This document shows positions 19,160-29,861 of a stretch of 64,000 nt of DNA, one piece after another. The position numbers and the translations under genes were made by a program. Source of the DNA: an uncultured archaeon (GTDB lineage Archaea > Thermoplasmatota > Penumbrarchaeia > JASLWR01); NCBI GenBank assembly GCA_964430885.1, contig CAYSHM010000002.1:45009-109008 (forward strand), in the 5' to 3' direction. The stretch's first letter is position 1; every line of letters starts with the position of its first letter. The notes beneath the pieces are model-generated. The model had not been told where the DNA came from. It saw nothing but the letters and a program-made list of their open reading frames with translations, and did no database searches.

Positions 19160-21607
19160 TTATTTTTCTTCCTTATTGATCACTTCAAATATCCCTTTTG
19201 CCATTTTCTTTCCAATCCCCTTAACTTCACGGAGCTTCTCTTCAGAAGCGTTGAATATACCTTTTATACTGTGAAAATGGGATAGTAATCTTCGGGCCAT
19301 CTTAGCGGATATTCCCGGTAATCCTTCCAGAATGTACTGTTGCTGTTCCCGGATATTCATGGATGTCTTGTCTCCCCGCAGTTGGACGGGTCTGTTCTCT
19401 TGTTTCTCCCTTTTCAGGGTCGCCATCAAATATTGGGCAGTATCCTTTGAATCCCTGCACATCATTATTGATATCCCCATGTCTGCATTTATGGCGGACA
19501 GCGCTCCATATATGGATTCCTCCGAAATATTGCGGGTCGTAAACAGGTTATCTCCTTCTATTATCAGCACTGGACAGGAGTATTTATTAAGCCCTCTTAG
19601 CTGATTGAAAAGATGACGATTCATTATGCTGTTGATGAAATCCACCACAGTTTTCCTCTCAACAGCAACTCTGTCGGAAAGAATGTAGTCTCCTACATGT
19701 AATTGTCTTGAAATCACAGTGACATTCATCCGGGATAGATGTTTAACAACCTCTGACTTGAATTCCCTGGTATCCACGACTATGGTTGGATTCACATTAG
19801 CGGTGTTTCTATTTAAGAAATAATCACCAAGTGAAGTTTGCCCTCCGATCCCATGATTTTTTTCACTGTTGATGGAAGATTGATGGCAATTACTGCCATT
19901 CAATGCCGGCCTAATATCAGCTTTGTTTGTTACAATCATTTTTTTATCTAATATTGATTTCTTTTTTTGAGGACCATTTTCATCATTCATCATCATGTAA
20001 GGTTCATTCATAATCTTTCCCTTTTTGGGAAATTCAGTTATTTTGGAAAAGCTCTCACAGTTCAATTCCTTCTTCAAAGCAGATATCTCCTTTATCATTC
20101 TTTTCTCTTTTGATCTGGATACCCAGTAATAGCTTTCATCTTTTGTTTTACTAGTGATAAGTATTATTGCCTTCCCAGGTCCTCTTCGTCCTGTTCTGCC
20201 CCGTCTCTGAATGCTTCGGATCTCGCTTGGAATAGGTTCATAAAATATTACCATATCGGTAGCAGGTATGTCCAATCCTTCCTCTGCAACTGAAGTTGCT
20301 ATAAGAAGATTGAATTCCCCACTTCTAAATTTATCTATAACTTCAATCTGCTCCTTTTGTTTTAGACCTTCGTCCCCATCAACGCTTCTCTGGCCCACGA
20401 ACCTGACTGGCCTAATCCCCTCTATATTCTTAAAAACCTCTGCAAGCATTGTCGCGGTATCACGGTACTGAGTAAATAGAATTATCCGGGAATCAGGTTT
20501 AGCTGTGAATTGCACTTTAACTATTTCATAAATCTTTATTCTTTTTGGGTGTACCTCCTTACTGATCATGCTGAGGGACATGGCGTATTTTATATGAGGA
20601 TCATTGCAGACCTCCTTATTTGCCCTGGAAGCACCCCTGGCATTTGCTTCCTCCTTCAGCTTGTCAAAGTAGTTATTAAGAACACCGATATCCTGACTGG
20701 ATAATAGTTCCATAGCATGATTTATCTTCATTGCCTGAGCCTGCAAAGAAAGGGCCGAATAAAGGTATTTGGGAGCACTTTTTCCCTCGGCATGCAGCCT
20801 TGCCAGCACCATTTTCTGCATGTCTAAAAGATCTTTTATATTAACATAGGGTTTATTCACTAGCCCCATTTTTTTCAAACTATCGGTTCTCTTTGTAAGG
20901 GCCTTTTTCAGGTTATCATTGATCCTTTTCATATCATTTGTGAGATTCACTCTTATCCAGCTAGTGCGTATCTCGTTGACATATTCCTTGACATCCGGGT
21001 CAAGTTTGCTTCGGATCTCAAACTGTTTTATATTTAAATTATCAGTAACTTCCCTGATCTTCTTGATGTCGCTTCCCGGCGATGCGGTTATCCCCAGTAC
21101 CAATCCCTCAGGATTATTTGTATGATATTTCTCAGCAATAAAAACATATGCATATCTGCCTACCGCTCTATGTGCCTCATCAAATATCACTAAGGAAAAA
21201 TCCTCTAAAGTGACAAAACTGGATATCAGATCGTTCTGTACAACTTGAGGTGTTGAGATGATAATTGTTTTATTCCGCCAGATAGTTTTCCTTTTTTTGG
21301 GATTAATATCACCGGAAAAAAGAAAGATTTCTTTATCATCCAGGTTCAGAAATTTCTTTAAAAAATTATAATGCTGACCAGCTAGAGGTTTTGTTGGCGC
21401 CATGAAAAGTATTCTGCCGGAGTCCAATTTCTTTGATATCAGGATTGTTGCGATAATAGTTTTACCCATGCCGGTGGGCAATACTACTAGAGTAGAATCG
21501 ATCACGGCCCTTTCGGCTATGTTGATCTGGTATTCTCTCTTATCCAAAGTACGAGGTAAGATATATTTTTCCTCGATCCATTTATTCTCATCGATAAGGG
21601 TATTCAT
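19160..21607 (-). CDS. hef: Hef (FANCM-like) DEAH helicase fused to ERCC4 nuclease and HhH motifs
   Basis: REYQ, LPTGMGKT, DEAH, TASPG, TSVAEEGLD, QRRGRTGR; VDTRE..GDY..VERKT; C-terminal HhH; PIP-box-like QTSLGDYF in the linker. Start moved to ATG 21607 because the longer ORF overlaps the tRNA. Confidence 0.95.
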   Translation of the reverse strand: MNTLIDENKWIEEKYILPRTLDKREYQINIAERAVIDSTLVVLPTGMGKTIIATILISKKLDSGRILFMAPTKPLAGQHYNFLKKFLNLDDKEIFLFSGDINPKKRKTIWRNKTIIISTPQVVQNDLISSFVTLEDFSLVIFDEAHRAVGRYAYVFIAEKYHTNNPEGLVLGITASPGSDIKKIREVTDNLNIKQFEIRSKLDPDVKEYVNEIRTSWIRVNLTNDMKRINDNLKKALTKRTDSLKKMGLVNKPYVNIKDLLDMQKMVLARLHAEGKSAPKYLYSALSLQAQAMKINHAMELLSSQDIGVLNNYFDKLKEEANARGASRANKEVCNDPHIKYAMSLSMISKEVHPKRIKIYEIVKVQFTAKPDSRIILFTQYRDTATMLAEVFKNIEGIRPVRFVGQRSVDGDEGLKQKEQIEVIDKFRSGEFNLLIATSVAEEGLDIPATDMVIFYEPIPSEIRSIQRRGRTGRRGPGKAIILITSKTKDESYYWVSRSKEKRMIKEISALKKELNCESFSKITEFPKKGKIMNEPYMMMNDENGPQKKKSILDKKMIVTNKADIRPALNGSNCHQSSINSEKNHGIGGQTSLGDYFLNRNTANVNPTIVVDTREFKSEVVKHLSRMNVTVISRQLHVGDYILSDRVAVERKTVVDFINSIMNRHLFNQLRGLNKYSCPVLIIEGDNLFTTRNISEESIYGALSAINADMGISIMMCRDSKDTAQYLMATLKREKQENRPVQLRGDKTSMNIREQQQYILEGLPGISAKMARRLLSHFHSIKGIFNASEEKLREVKGIGKKMAKGIFEVINKEEK

Positions 21608-21631
21608 GTTATCAAAAGGGAAATATTTAAG

Positions 21632-21718
21632 CGCCGAGGAAGGGATTTGAACCCTTGAGGTACAGGGTACCAACGGGTTTCGAGCCCGTCGCCGTTGGCC
21701 TGGCTTAGCTACCTCGGC
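21632..21718 (-). tRNA. tRNA-Ser (anticodon CGA), long variable arm, no intron, CCA not encoded
   Basis: Acceptor GCCGAGG/CCTCGGC plus G discriminator; anticodon arm ACGGG-CTCGAAA-CCCGT; variable arm GGTAC..GTACC; T arm AAGGG-TTCAAAT-CCCTT. Confidence 0.96.
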
Positions 21719-21800
21719 AAAAATATAATTTCGATCAATTCTCTATTTGTGAAGTTTACCATAGAACAGCAATGTATTATAAAAAAATGTTGTGTAAACC

Positions 21801-24587
21801 TTATCTGCCAAGAGAGGAATAGTTATCGTAGTCTGTGTCTCCAGAATCATATTCGTCCCCTTGTTCTCCTCTTCCTCCTCTCTTTTCACCAACCTCATCT
21901 GAATATTCTCCGAAATCTTCCTCAAAGAAGTCAGGGAGTTCCTCTCCGCACTCTGGACAGTCATAATATTCGGGATCCACTTTTGCACCGCATTCCGGAC
22001 AGTAATATTGCTCTCCACGAACTCTCATAAATATGAACACTGCAAGAAGCAGCAATATAACGATACCCAAACCGATAAGTATATAGGTCCATATAGATGG
22101 ACCTCCATCATCGTTTTCCCGAGGTTTTTTTATTATTATTTCAATATCCTCGATGGTCTGGGCCTTTTCACCCCTCGCATCTGTGAAGAAGAAGGAAAAT
22201 ACGATAGTACCCGCTTCTGAAGCAGTCCATCTTCCCTCGTATACTACACCGTCCAGATAACTGGATGAATAATCTTTCCTGTCCATTTCCAGATCTATGT
22301 TCACTGGCTGAATGCTGACCTTCTTCCAACTCGGACGTTCATTGTCAGGGTCTCTATAGATCACTGTAATAATGAATTCATCACCTATCATACCTTCAGT
22401 GGAAGATATCTCGCCATCCTTAATAATCGGTTGGCGGTTGATCTTTGCCAGAGTAAGATTCCCTGTGTGTATGAAAACATTTTCTTGTATTGCTACAAAT
22501 TCCTCTTGGTTCTCCACAAGCACCCCTTTTGGTTTCACGATAACCTTATACTGGCCGATAGGGATTCCTGCGAAAGAGAAATTTCCGTTCATATCGGTTA
22601 TTGTTGTATATTTTTCCTCAAGCTGAACATCCACTCTACCGCTGATAGGTGCTAAATTGACCGTAACATTTGACAGTCTGTTTTTCTCATTATTGTACTC
22701 GACAACACTGCCGTTGATACCGCCCATTTTGATCTGGAGAAGGAATGTAAGACTAACAGTCTGTCCCTTTGTAACCTTTTGTTTATACGAGATGGATTGG
22801 TAACCTTTCTTTGATATGTCAATGGAAAATGTATGGCTACCATATTCGGAGACCTGGAATTCGCCATTGTCATCAGTATAGGCCTGATTGTATCTATCCA
22901 CGGTGACCTTTGTGTTGGGTAAGGGATTCATAATATTGGTGGCTTCATCATATCCGAATACTTTTCCCTTGAGTCTGGCAACAGTAAGTTTTGTATCGCT
23001 GAATACCCCGATTTTAACAGTGGCGCTGGGCTTTTCAATGTGACCCCATACCTCATCATGTTTTAGGTCCAATCCCTGATGGGGTATTGCATCCCATTTT
23101 GATTCTTTTTCGTTGAATTGATATAGAGTTATGGTCTGCTCGTCAGTTACCTCTTCGCCACTAGTGGTGATGCTGTCCTTATAATCTATTGTAATATTGA
23201 TCCAATGAAGCTCCAGGCCATTTCCGGTCATGGTAATCTTGCGATAGATGTCAAGCTCGGCGTTTTGAGGTTTATTTACATAGGGATCAGTAATAATGGA
23301 AATATCGGTAGTCACTTCATCTTGGCTGGTGTATTGCGCTGAAATGCTGATAACACCATCTTCCAGATTAATCTGGCCTCTCTGCACCACTTCAATAAGC
23401 ACACTGGTGGATCGTTGATAAAATCCATCATCAACAGTAAGTGTGATGAGATGAATCCCTTCAATCTCCAAATATATTGAGTCCATCATGTTTGTTGATA
23501 TGGTTCCTTCAAGATCAGAACTCCATAAGAAATTGATCTCACCAGTCCTATTATCATAAGTGCTGTTGCTGCCGTCTAACCTTATTAATTCATCGGAGAA
23601 GTAAGTTGGACTTGAAGGACCAAAGGGGATATTTGAAACAGGTTTGACGATATCCGGCTCTGGAGGATTGATTCTCAGTATTCTGACATCCAAACTGTTG
23701 TAATAATCATTGTTCTCATTTTCTCGATGATATGCCTCCAGATATATCGTATGATTGGCTACTTTTTCAAAGGTATAATTATATTCTAAAACTACCTGGC
23801 TTCCATCGGTTCCCTTGGGAGTGAGCGAATATTTTTTCTTGCTTTCAATTAAAGGGAGATATCCGTCTTCATATGATACATTGAAAATAGCTGTGAATGT
23901 GACAGGTGTCAATCCCTGATTTTCGATGGTACCGTGAATGAAAAGCTTTGAATTTACTGTGAATGTGGTTTTATCTGGGTTCAAATTAAGATCAATAACT
24001 TTCACAGAGGTTCTATCTTCAATGTTAACATACCAGGTAATTTGGTTGTCACCATTATAGGGGTCAACTGTCTGATTTGAATTGAATTGTATACTGAAGA
24101 GGATTTTGTAAGTTCCCTCTGATTCAGGCAAGAATTGTTCAAAAATGACCTTTTTAATATTTCCTTCCTCACCATTATAGGGTTTTAGATTATTTACTGC
24201 TATTCCATCTTCAAATAGGATTTCCCCGCCGAATTCCACTGATACATTTGCCCAAATGCCATTGGCCTGTTGTACATGATCATTGTTTTGGATCATACAG
24301 AAAAATGTATAGTTGAGGTCCACCGAATAATAATCAATGTCCTCTTCAATTCCATAATGATAGATGCCGATGTCCAAGTTTGAAGCCCTGTTCATGGGAT
24401 AATCACCATTATTTTCCGGAATGTTGGCTCGGGGATTTTCTTGGGATATCACCCCTTCTCCTTTTGGCTCATTTTGGTTAAGTAGAGTGATTCCCGATGA
24501 GATGAATAAGATTAAAACGATAATTGTGAACAATGTATTTTTTTGACCTTCTACTAGGTCAATTCTGAATTTACTAAGCTTTATCAT
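21801..24587 (-). CDS. Membrane-anchored surface protein (CARDB/PKD/carboxypeptidase-regulatory-like domains, C-terminal TM, cytoplasmic zinc ribbon and acidic tail)
   Basis: N-terminal hydrophobic helix; LDGSNS..WSSD..G.HLITLTVDDG PKD motif; TDxNGxF repeats; TM followed by CPECGAKVDPEYYDCPECG. Confidence 0.85.
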   Translation of the reverse strand: MIKLSKFRIDLVEGQKNTLFTIIVLILFISSGITLLNQNEPKGEGVISQENPRANIPENNGDYPMNRASNLDIGIYHYGIEEDIDYYSVDLNYTFFCMIQNNDHVQQANGIWANVSVEFGGEILFEDGIAVNNLKPYNGEEGNIKKVIFEQFLPESEGTYKILFSIQFNSNQTVDPYNGDNQITWYVNIEDRTSVKVIDLNLNPDKTTFTVNSKLFIHGTIENQGLTPVTFTAIFNVSYEDGYLPLIESKKKYSLTPKGTDGSQVVLEYNYTFEKVANHTIYLEAYHRENENNDYYNSLDVRILRINPPEPDIVKPVSNIPFGPSSPTYFSDELIRLDGSNSTYDNRTGEINFLWSSDLEGTISTNMMDSIYLEIEGIHLITLTVDDGFYQRSTSVLIEVVQRGQINLEDGVISISAQYTSQDEVTTDISIITDPYVNKPQNAELDIYRKITMTGNGLELHWINITIDYKDSITTSGEEVTDEQTITLYQFNEKESKWDAIPHQGLDLKHDEVWGHIEKPSATVKIGVFSDTKLTVARLKGKVFGYDEATNIMNPLPNTKVTVDRYNQAYTDDNGEFQVSEYGSHTFSIDISKKGYQSISYKQKVTKGQTVSLTFLLQIKMGGINGSVVEYNNEKNRLSNVTVNLAPISGRVDVQLEEKYTTITDMNGNFSFAGIPIGQYKVIVKPKGVLVENQEEFVAIQENVFIHTGNLTLAKINRQPIIKDGEISSTEGMIGDEFIITVIYRDPDNERPSWKKVSIQPVNIDLEMDRKDYSSSYLDGVVYEGRWTASEAGTIVFSFFFTDARGEKAQTIEDIEIIIKKPRENDDGGPSIWTYILIGLGIVILLLLAVFIFMRVRGEQYYCPECGAKVDPEYYDCPECGEELPDFFEEDFGEYSDEVGEKRGGRGEQGDEYDSGDTDYDNYSSLGR

Positions 24588-24713
24588 TTACATACCTCAA
24601 TTCAAATGTTAGTCCAAGGGTTCATTATACCTCATCTTCAGAAAGCATTTCCCTGATATACCGTCACTTTTAACGACCAATTAAATTTTTACATTTTTTT
24701 GTATCACGGTTTA

Positions 24714-25166
24714 TTAGCTGAGCATCAAATTCCAATTGTATGTGTTTGTAATGGATGAGGTTAGATCTCCGTCCAAATAAACCATGGTTATGGTTACCTT
24801 CATGTAATACATAGGGGATGCTATTGTAATGTTAGATCTACTGGCGCTGAATAATATATTACGATTTAATAGTAATGCCTTAAAATCCGATGAACACGTA
24901 ACAAAAGCCTTTTGGATCGCTTCTATGTTTTGCATTTTATAAGTATTTCTTTCAGCAGTTAGTGCTACACTTTTTTCAAAACTATTTGCCACATCGTTCA
25001 CTTCGGAGTTGGGTATTGAAGGATAATGATTTACGTTCCGGATCGTATTTGCTGAGTCAGTATTGATAGTGGTCATAACCATTAACAACACAGCCAGTAT
25101 AATTCCTGAAGTGAGTAAGAGCTGTCCTTCCCTGTTATTTCTAAATCCCCTCATCCTAGTTCCCAC
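24714..25166 (-). CDS. Pilin-like protein with class III signal peptide
   Basis: NNREG|QLLLTSGIILAVLLMVM; overlaps the preceding pilin gene. Confidence 0.8.
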   Translation of the reverse strand: MGTRMRGFRNNREGQLLLTSGIILAVLLMVMTTINTDSANTIRNVNHYPSIPNSEVNDVANSFEKSVALTAERNTYKMQNIEAIQKAFVTCSSDFKALLLNRNILFSASRSNITIASPMYYMKVTITMVYLDGDLTSSITNTYNWNLMLS

Positions 25167-25680
25167 CTCCCCTTACTTCAAACCAAATAACAAGAGATAT
25201 TTCATAAACTCCTTCATGCAATTCGGTCCATTCATTTAGATCCGTATGATCGGATAGATTCTTACAATAACCTCCAGTTAGATAGGTTGTCTGATAAGCT
25301 CTCGCGATATTGGATTGGTTCGGAATCCCAAGTTTATAGAGTGTTATATGACTGGTTTGATTCACAAGCAGTAGGTTAAAGGAAAGGGACTGAGATAAAC
25401 TATTGTTCAATTGTTCGATTACTACCGAAAGGTCACTGCAGATCCCCTGGTCCAGTCTAGATAAAAAATCTGGATCTGTCGAGGGCATGTTTTCAAGGGA
25501 CCGCAATGCATCTTCCCCTTGAACGCTCCATTTATATAGAAAAAGATTTGACTTTTCTGATGGAGTTGGGAGTGCAGTGATGAAATTGATGGCGGCAATG
25601 ATCAGTAAACCTGTTGTCAACACCTCTAAAATGAACATTTGCGCCTTTCTATCGTCTATGAACCCTTTTCTTTTACCCAT
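25156..25680 (-). CDS. Pilin-like protein with class III signal peptide
   Basis: DDRKA|QMFILEVLTTGLLIIAAI. Confidence 0.82.
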   Translation of the reverse strand: MGKRKGFIDDRKAQMFILEVLTTGLLIIAAINFITALPTPSEKSNLFLYKWSVQGEDALRSLENMPSTDPDFLSRLDQGICSDLSVVIEQLNNSLSQSLSFNLLLVNQTSHITLYKLGIPNQSNIARAYQTTYLTGGYCKNLSDHTDLNEWTELHEGVYEISLVIWFEVRGGGN

Positions 25681-25702
25681 GTATTTCCCGGAATCCTTAT
25701 TA

Positions 25703-26704
25703 TTAATTTGAACCTGAAAATCCTAATCCTACCTTTCGGTCCAGAAGAACGAATACTCCCCAACCAAGCAATACCATTACTACTACATGTCTGAGACCAG
25801 CTGATAATTTACCCTCTCCCATCATGCCCGCCATTAAACCATTACCCAAACATTGCACTAATACCGAACTGAAAAATATAAAAGAGAGTTTTTCTTTGCT
25901 TATCTTCTTATTACCCAATCCTGCAACCCCTCCACCTCCTGCACCTGTATCTTCTCCACCGCCTTCTTCGTCATCTGTTCCTGCCATTTCCTGTTGTTGA
26001 GTTCCAACAATTGCTGGAAGGAACAAAGCTACGATGATCCCAATTACTGCAAGATAAACGCCAAAAGCAATGTATATCACAACAATATACATTTTCACAC
26101 CACGCTCTCTTTCCATTTGTAGCCATTTGATTTCATTTGCATCCTTTGCAGCGCTGTATAGAACATCGGCTATTCTGCCTCCTGCCCTATTAGCTTCTTC
26201 AATCAATGATACAGATCGAATGACAAGGCTAGTACTAATCCTTTGGGACATCTGCCTTAATACTTCATTGAAGGCGATACCCCAGCTAATCTGGGCATTC
26301 ATCTTCTGGATCTCATCATCCATGGCCCCATAATCACCCTTAGCAAGGGTTTTTATTGCTATTGTCATGCTCAATCCAGATTTCCAATATTCAGCAAGAT
26401 CCTGAAGAAATTCTGCAAATCTTTTTTCCACAAGGTTAATTCTTCTGTTCTTATGCCATGCGAAAGCTGAATAGGGCCCTAAAGCAAGTATCATTGCTAG
26501 AGGGAGTAAGTTCTGATTTGCCCTTGATATTGATGGAACTGAACTTCCTGCCGAGGTTGGAGCTGATGATAAGTACATTACAAAAGTAATTAAACCTGCC
26601 AATGCTGAAAATGCTATCAATATGTAGCCGATATTCTTTTCAGTGAAGAATCCTTCCTTAACTTGTAGTTTAATTCCTGTCTTCTGCCGTTTAGTGTTTC
26701 CCAT
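25703..26704 (-). CDS. Type II secretion F / TadC-like pilus membrane platform protein
   Basis: FLQDLAE..SG, DYGAMD.EI..M..QISWG, EANRAGG; C-terminal TMs ending G.L.AGLRH. Confidence 0.92.
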   Translation of the reverse strand: MGNTKRQKTGIKLQVKEGFFTEKNIGYILIAFSALAGLITFVMYLSSAPTSAGSSVPSISRANQNLLPLAMILALGPYSAFAWHKNRRINLVEKRFAEFLQDLAEYWKSGLSMTIAIKTLAKGDYGAMDDEIQKMNAQISWGIAFNEVLRQMSQRISTSLVIRSVSLIEEANRAGGRIADVLYSAAKDANEIKWLQMERERGVKMYIVVIYIAFGVYLAVIGIIVALFLPAIVGTQQQEMAGTDDEEGGGEDTGAGGGGVAGLGNKKISKEKLSFIFFSSVLVQCLGNGLMAGMMGEGKLSAGLRHVVVMVLLGWGVFVLLDRKVGLGFSGSN

Positions 26705-26705
26705 T

Positions 26706-27626
26706 TTATACCTCCGGCGTCATCAACCAAACAATGAAAATATATACTCCGTTTATTATAGGCAGTCCACCGAAAACAACGGCATAAAGCATTGAGTCCG
26801 TAACTGCCATTCCGCTTCCAGATACCCAATACATGATGACTAGAATCACCATGAAGAATATGGGGAACGCCACACCGACAACAACATAGCTCTCCGCAAG
26901 GAATGCTAGAGTTTCAATGAACATTTCCTGTTCTTTTCTAGCTTCTCTCATGTATTTATTTGCAGCCCCACCGAGATAGTTTTTCAGAGGCCTGCCTGAT
27001 GTTAACGAGTTAACTACCCCCTGCAGAAACTCGGCCAGTTTATGGGAAGGTGATCTTTTAATACCCATTTTTATTGCCTTAATGATATCGATCCCCAAAG
27101 CTTTCGTATCCCGGTATATCCAATTGGCTTCATCACATATCTCACCATAGATCTCTTTTCTGCCGGCCAGGGATCTGAAGAGATGCTCAGGGGTTGCATT
27201 CGTTGCAGCCATGGCCGCAAGAAAATTCAAAGCGTAAGGCATTTTTGCTTCAATATCACGCTTCCGCTCCCCTGCTTTGGACTTGGGCAACGATGAGGTC
27301 ATAAGTACATAGTATACCAATGGTACAACAAATGGGGAAAGATAGAAAATAAAAGGTATGATCAGATCCAAAATCAGGCCGTCTTTGGATTCCAATCCTG
27401 AAATCATCGAGGGGTAGATTCCAAAAATGAAAAGGTACCCAAAGATAAGTATAGAGAAGAACATGATTATTATGGTCATATATACTTTGGCTATATATGC
27501 CTCAGGAAGAATGCCCACATGTCCTTTTTCCAGCCATCTGCCCAGTTCGAGGTTTTTGTGGACATACCTTTTCCCCCGCTGTCTGAATTGTTTGTATGAG
27601 AACCTTTCATAGGCAGTCAATTTCAT
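26706..27626 (-). CDS. Type II secretion F / TadC-like pilus membrane platform protein
   Basis: IEAKMPYALNFLAAMA, YGEI..EA, RSPSHKLAEFLQG, ETLAFLAESYV. Confidence 0.92.
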   Translation of the reverse strand: MKLTAYERFSYKQFRQRGKRYVHKNLELGRWLEKGHVGILPEAYIAKVYMTIIIMFFSILIFGYLFIFGIYPSMISGLESKDGLILDLIIPFIFYLSPFVVPLVYYVLMTSSLPKSKAGERKRDIEAKMPYALNFLAAMAATNATPEHLFRSLAGRKEIYGEICDEANWIYRDTKALGIDIIKAIKMGIKRSPSHKLAEFLQGVVNSLTSGRPLKNYLGGAANKYMREARKEQEMFIETLAFLAESYVVVGVAFPIFFMVILVIMYWVSGSGMAVTDSMLYAVVFGGLPIINGVYIFIVWLMTPEV

Positions 27627-29821
27627 TGCAATACCTCTAATTCTTTACCGCATTTTGGACAGCTGTCCCTATCAACTCTAACAGGTTCACCGCAGGAAGG
27701 GCAGGGTTTCTTTTCTACAGCCATAAATCCACCAGTGTTCTCAACTATGTCTTCAGTTCCCTTCTTCATCAAGTTATCCGTCTTGATGTCTGTCGGACCT
27801 CTCCTAGTGGCCATCTGCTCCATTTCCATTGCCGTAATCTGTTTCATGACCTCTTCAGGCCTAAGATAATATTCCATAATTACTCTTCCAAAGTCCTTAT
27901 GGTCACGAATATCGTTACTTACCAGCCAATCCAGCACTCTCTTTCTATTGGTAAGCTCTTCCATGATCTCAGGTTTGCTCAAGTTGGTCTTGACCATTAC
28001 CTTTTCTAAAATATAGCTCTTACCTGAAAATTCGAACTCGTCTGTAGCCGGGATCCATCTGAATACCTCATTGGTGAGCAGTTCTTCCGTATGAGGGTCC
28101 AGACCGATGATTTCCACTACCTGTTTAGCTCTTCTCACCCGGCGTTCACCTATTCGGGTTTGCATTTGGATAACGCAGGCATCCAATGCAGGTATCATAA
28201 CACGCGGAATATCGATAGGTTTATTTTCCAGACGATGGACAAGCGCTTGTACCGAATCTGCATGTACCGTTGAATAGGTAGTATGTCCCGTGGCCATAGC
28301 CTGGAACAACACATAAGCTTCCTTACCTCTGATCTCACCCACCACAATATATTCCGGTCTCTCTCTTAAGGCTGCTCTCAAGAGTGCGTACATTGTGACC
28401 GCACCTAGATCTGATTCACCGCCAAAACCTTCTCTTGTAAGGCCAGGCAACCAATTGGGATGTGGGAGATTAAGTTCTCTTGTTTCTTCAATGGACACAA
28501 TCTTCATATCTTGATGCATGAAAAGAGCAATAGCATTCAAAGTAGTTGTTTTGCCTGAAGCAGTACCTCCGCATATCAACATTGACATACCGTGGTGTAT
28601 AGCTATCCATAAGTAAGCAACGATTATTGAGGATATTGTGTTGAAATCTATTAAATCTGTAGGTGTAAAAGGTTCTTCCCTAAACTTTCTGATACAGAAA
28701 GAAGAACCTCTGGTGGTAACTTCTCTACCCAAAGATATAATGGCCCTGGAACCATCCATCAATGTAGCGTCAAGAAGCGGTTCAGCGATGGAAAGATGTT
28801 TATCGCATCTTTGAGCCAGTCGAATGACATAATCATTTAATTCCATTTCATCATCCCAGAAGAGACTGGTCTCCATGGACTCATATCTTCTATCATAGAT
28901 GAATATGGGTATAAGTGGCCCGTCGCATGAAATATCTTCAATATTGGGATCCCTCATAAGAACATCCATATTACCGTATCCCACAAGATCTCTTTCAAGA
29001 TAATAGAATACCTTATCCAGACTTCTTTTATTGAGTTGGAGGTCATAAGCAACATTGGCTTCTCTGGTAGCTCTCTTCAAATATTTCTCAACCTCGTTAT
29101 CGATATCATCGATGGGAACGTTGAATGCCTTTTTCAAAGCTTCATATATAAGATCATATGCGTGTCTTTCCCTCCTAGTCAATTCTGGTTCAACAGCATG
29201 ATAGATTTTTCTGAATTCCTTTTTGTCGTATAGAATTCTTACATAAGCAAACGGTTCATTGATAGGATAGGTTTCGAGTTCCTCAAATCTAGCAGAGGCA
29301 TAATCCACATTTTTTACCTTGCTTTCCCTTTCAAGAGCCAAATAGTCTCCTCTCTCTTTTTTGGTAGATATCTTTTCATCGCCTTCACGACGTCGTCGGC
29401 CCTTTTTATCTCCCTTTTCCTTTTTTCCAAATATACCCATGATGGAGTCCATCAAACCCTTTTTCTTTTCTTTTTCCGGTTTTTGTCCATCTCCCCCTTC
29501 TTCTCCCTCAAGCTCATCATCATCTTTCTTCTTTCTAGGTTTTCTCTCCTTCTTCGGTTTTTTGTCTTTTTCGGGTTTTTTATCTTCTTTTTTCTTTTTA
29601 GCTGGTTTACCCTTAGTTACCTTCTTTTTTCTAGGTCTGGGTGATTTGGCTTTCTTTTTGCCTTTGCCGCTTTCATCCTTGCTATCGGCGGCTGCGGGAC
29701 CTGCCATACTCAGCAATAGGAAGCTCAGCAATTCATTCATGGCATCCAAAGAATCGACATTCATTGGAGTTTTAGGTTCACTCTTCTCAGAGGTTCTTTT
29801 CTTATGTCTTTTATGAGCCAT
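27623..29821 (-). CDS. Type IV pilus assembly ATPase (PilB/ArlI/VirB11 family) with Lys-rich N-terminal extension and C-terminal zinc ribbon
   Basis: DPNIEDISCDG, IRKF, GGTASGKTT, SIEETREL, LRERPEYIVVGEIRG.EA, ATGH..STVHA; ends CPSCG..CPKCG. Confidence 0.95.
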   Translation of the reverse strand: MAHKRHKKRTSEKSEPKTPMNVDSLDAMNELLSFLLLSMAGPAAADSKDESGKGKKKAKSPRPRKKKVTKGKPAKKKKEDKKPEKDKKPKKERKPRKKKDDDELEGEEGGDGQKPEKEKKKGLMDSIMGIFGKKEKGDKKGRRRREGDEKISTKKERGDYLALERESKVKNVDYASARFEELETYPINEPFAYVRILYDKKEFRKIYHAVEPELTRRERHAYDLIYEALKKAFNVPIDDIDNEVEKYLKRATREANVAYDLQLNKRSLDKVFYYLERDLVGYGNMDVLMRDPNIEDISCDGPLIPIFIYDRRYESMETSLFWDDEMELNDYVIRLAQRCDKHLSIAEPLLDATLMDGSRAIISLGREVTTRGSSFCIRKFREEPFTPTDLIDFNTISSIIVAYLWIAIHHGMSMLICGGTASGKTTTLNAIALFMHQDMKIVSIEETRELNLPHPNWLPGLTREGFGGESDLGAVTMYALLRAALRERPEYIVVGEIRGKEAYVLFQAMATGHTTYSTVHADSVQALVHRLENKPIDIPRVMIPALDACVIQMQTRIGERRVRRAKQVVEIIGLDPHTEELLTNEVFRWIPATDEFEFSGKSYILEKVMVKTNLSKPEIMEELTNRKRVLDWLVSNDIRDHKDFGRVIMEYYLRPEEVMKQITAMEMEQMATRRGPTDIKTDNLMKKGTEDIVENTGGFMAVEKKPCPSCGEPVRVDRDSCPKCGKELEVLQ

Positions 29822-29861
29822 AATGACACCAGTTCAAAGTAGATTGAGGAATGTGATATTA

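Noticed and set aside
21608-22030. N-terminal extension of hef to 21673 and ORFs 21695..22030 and 21743..22018
   Set aside because: They overlap the tRNA or the real 928-aa gene.
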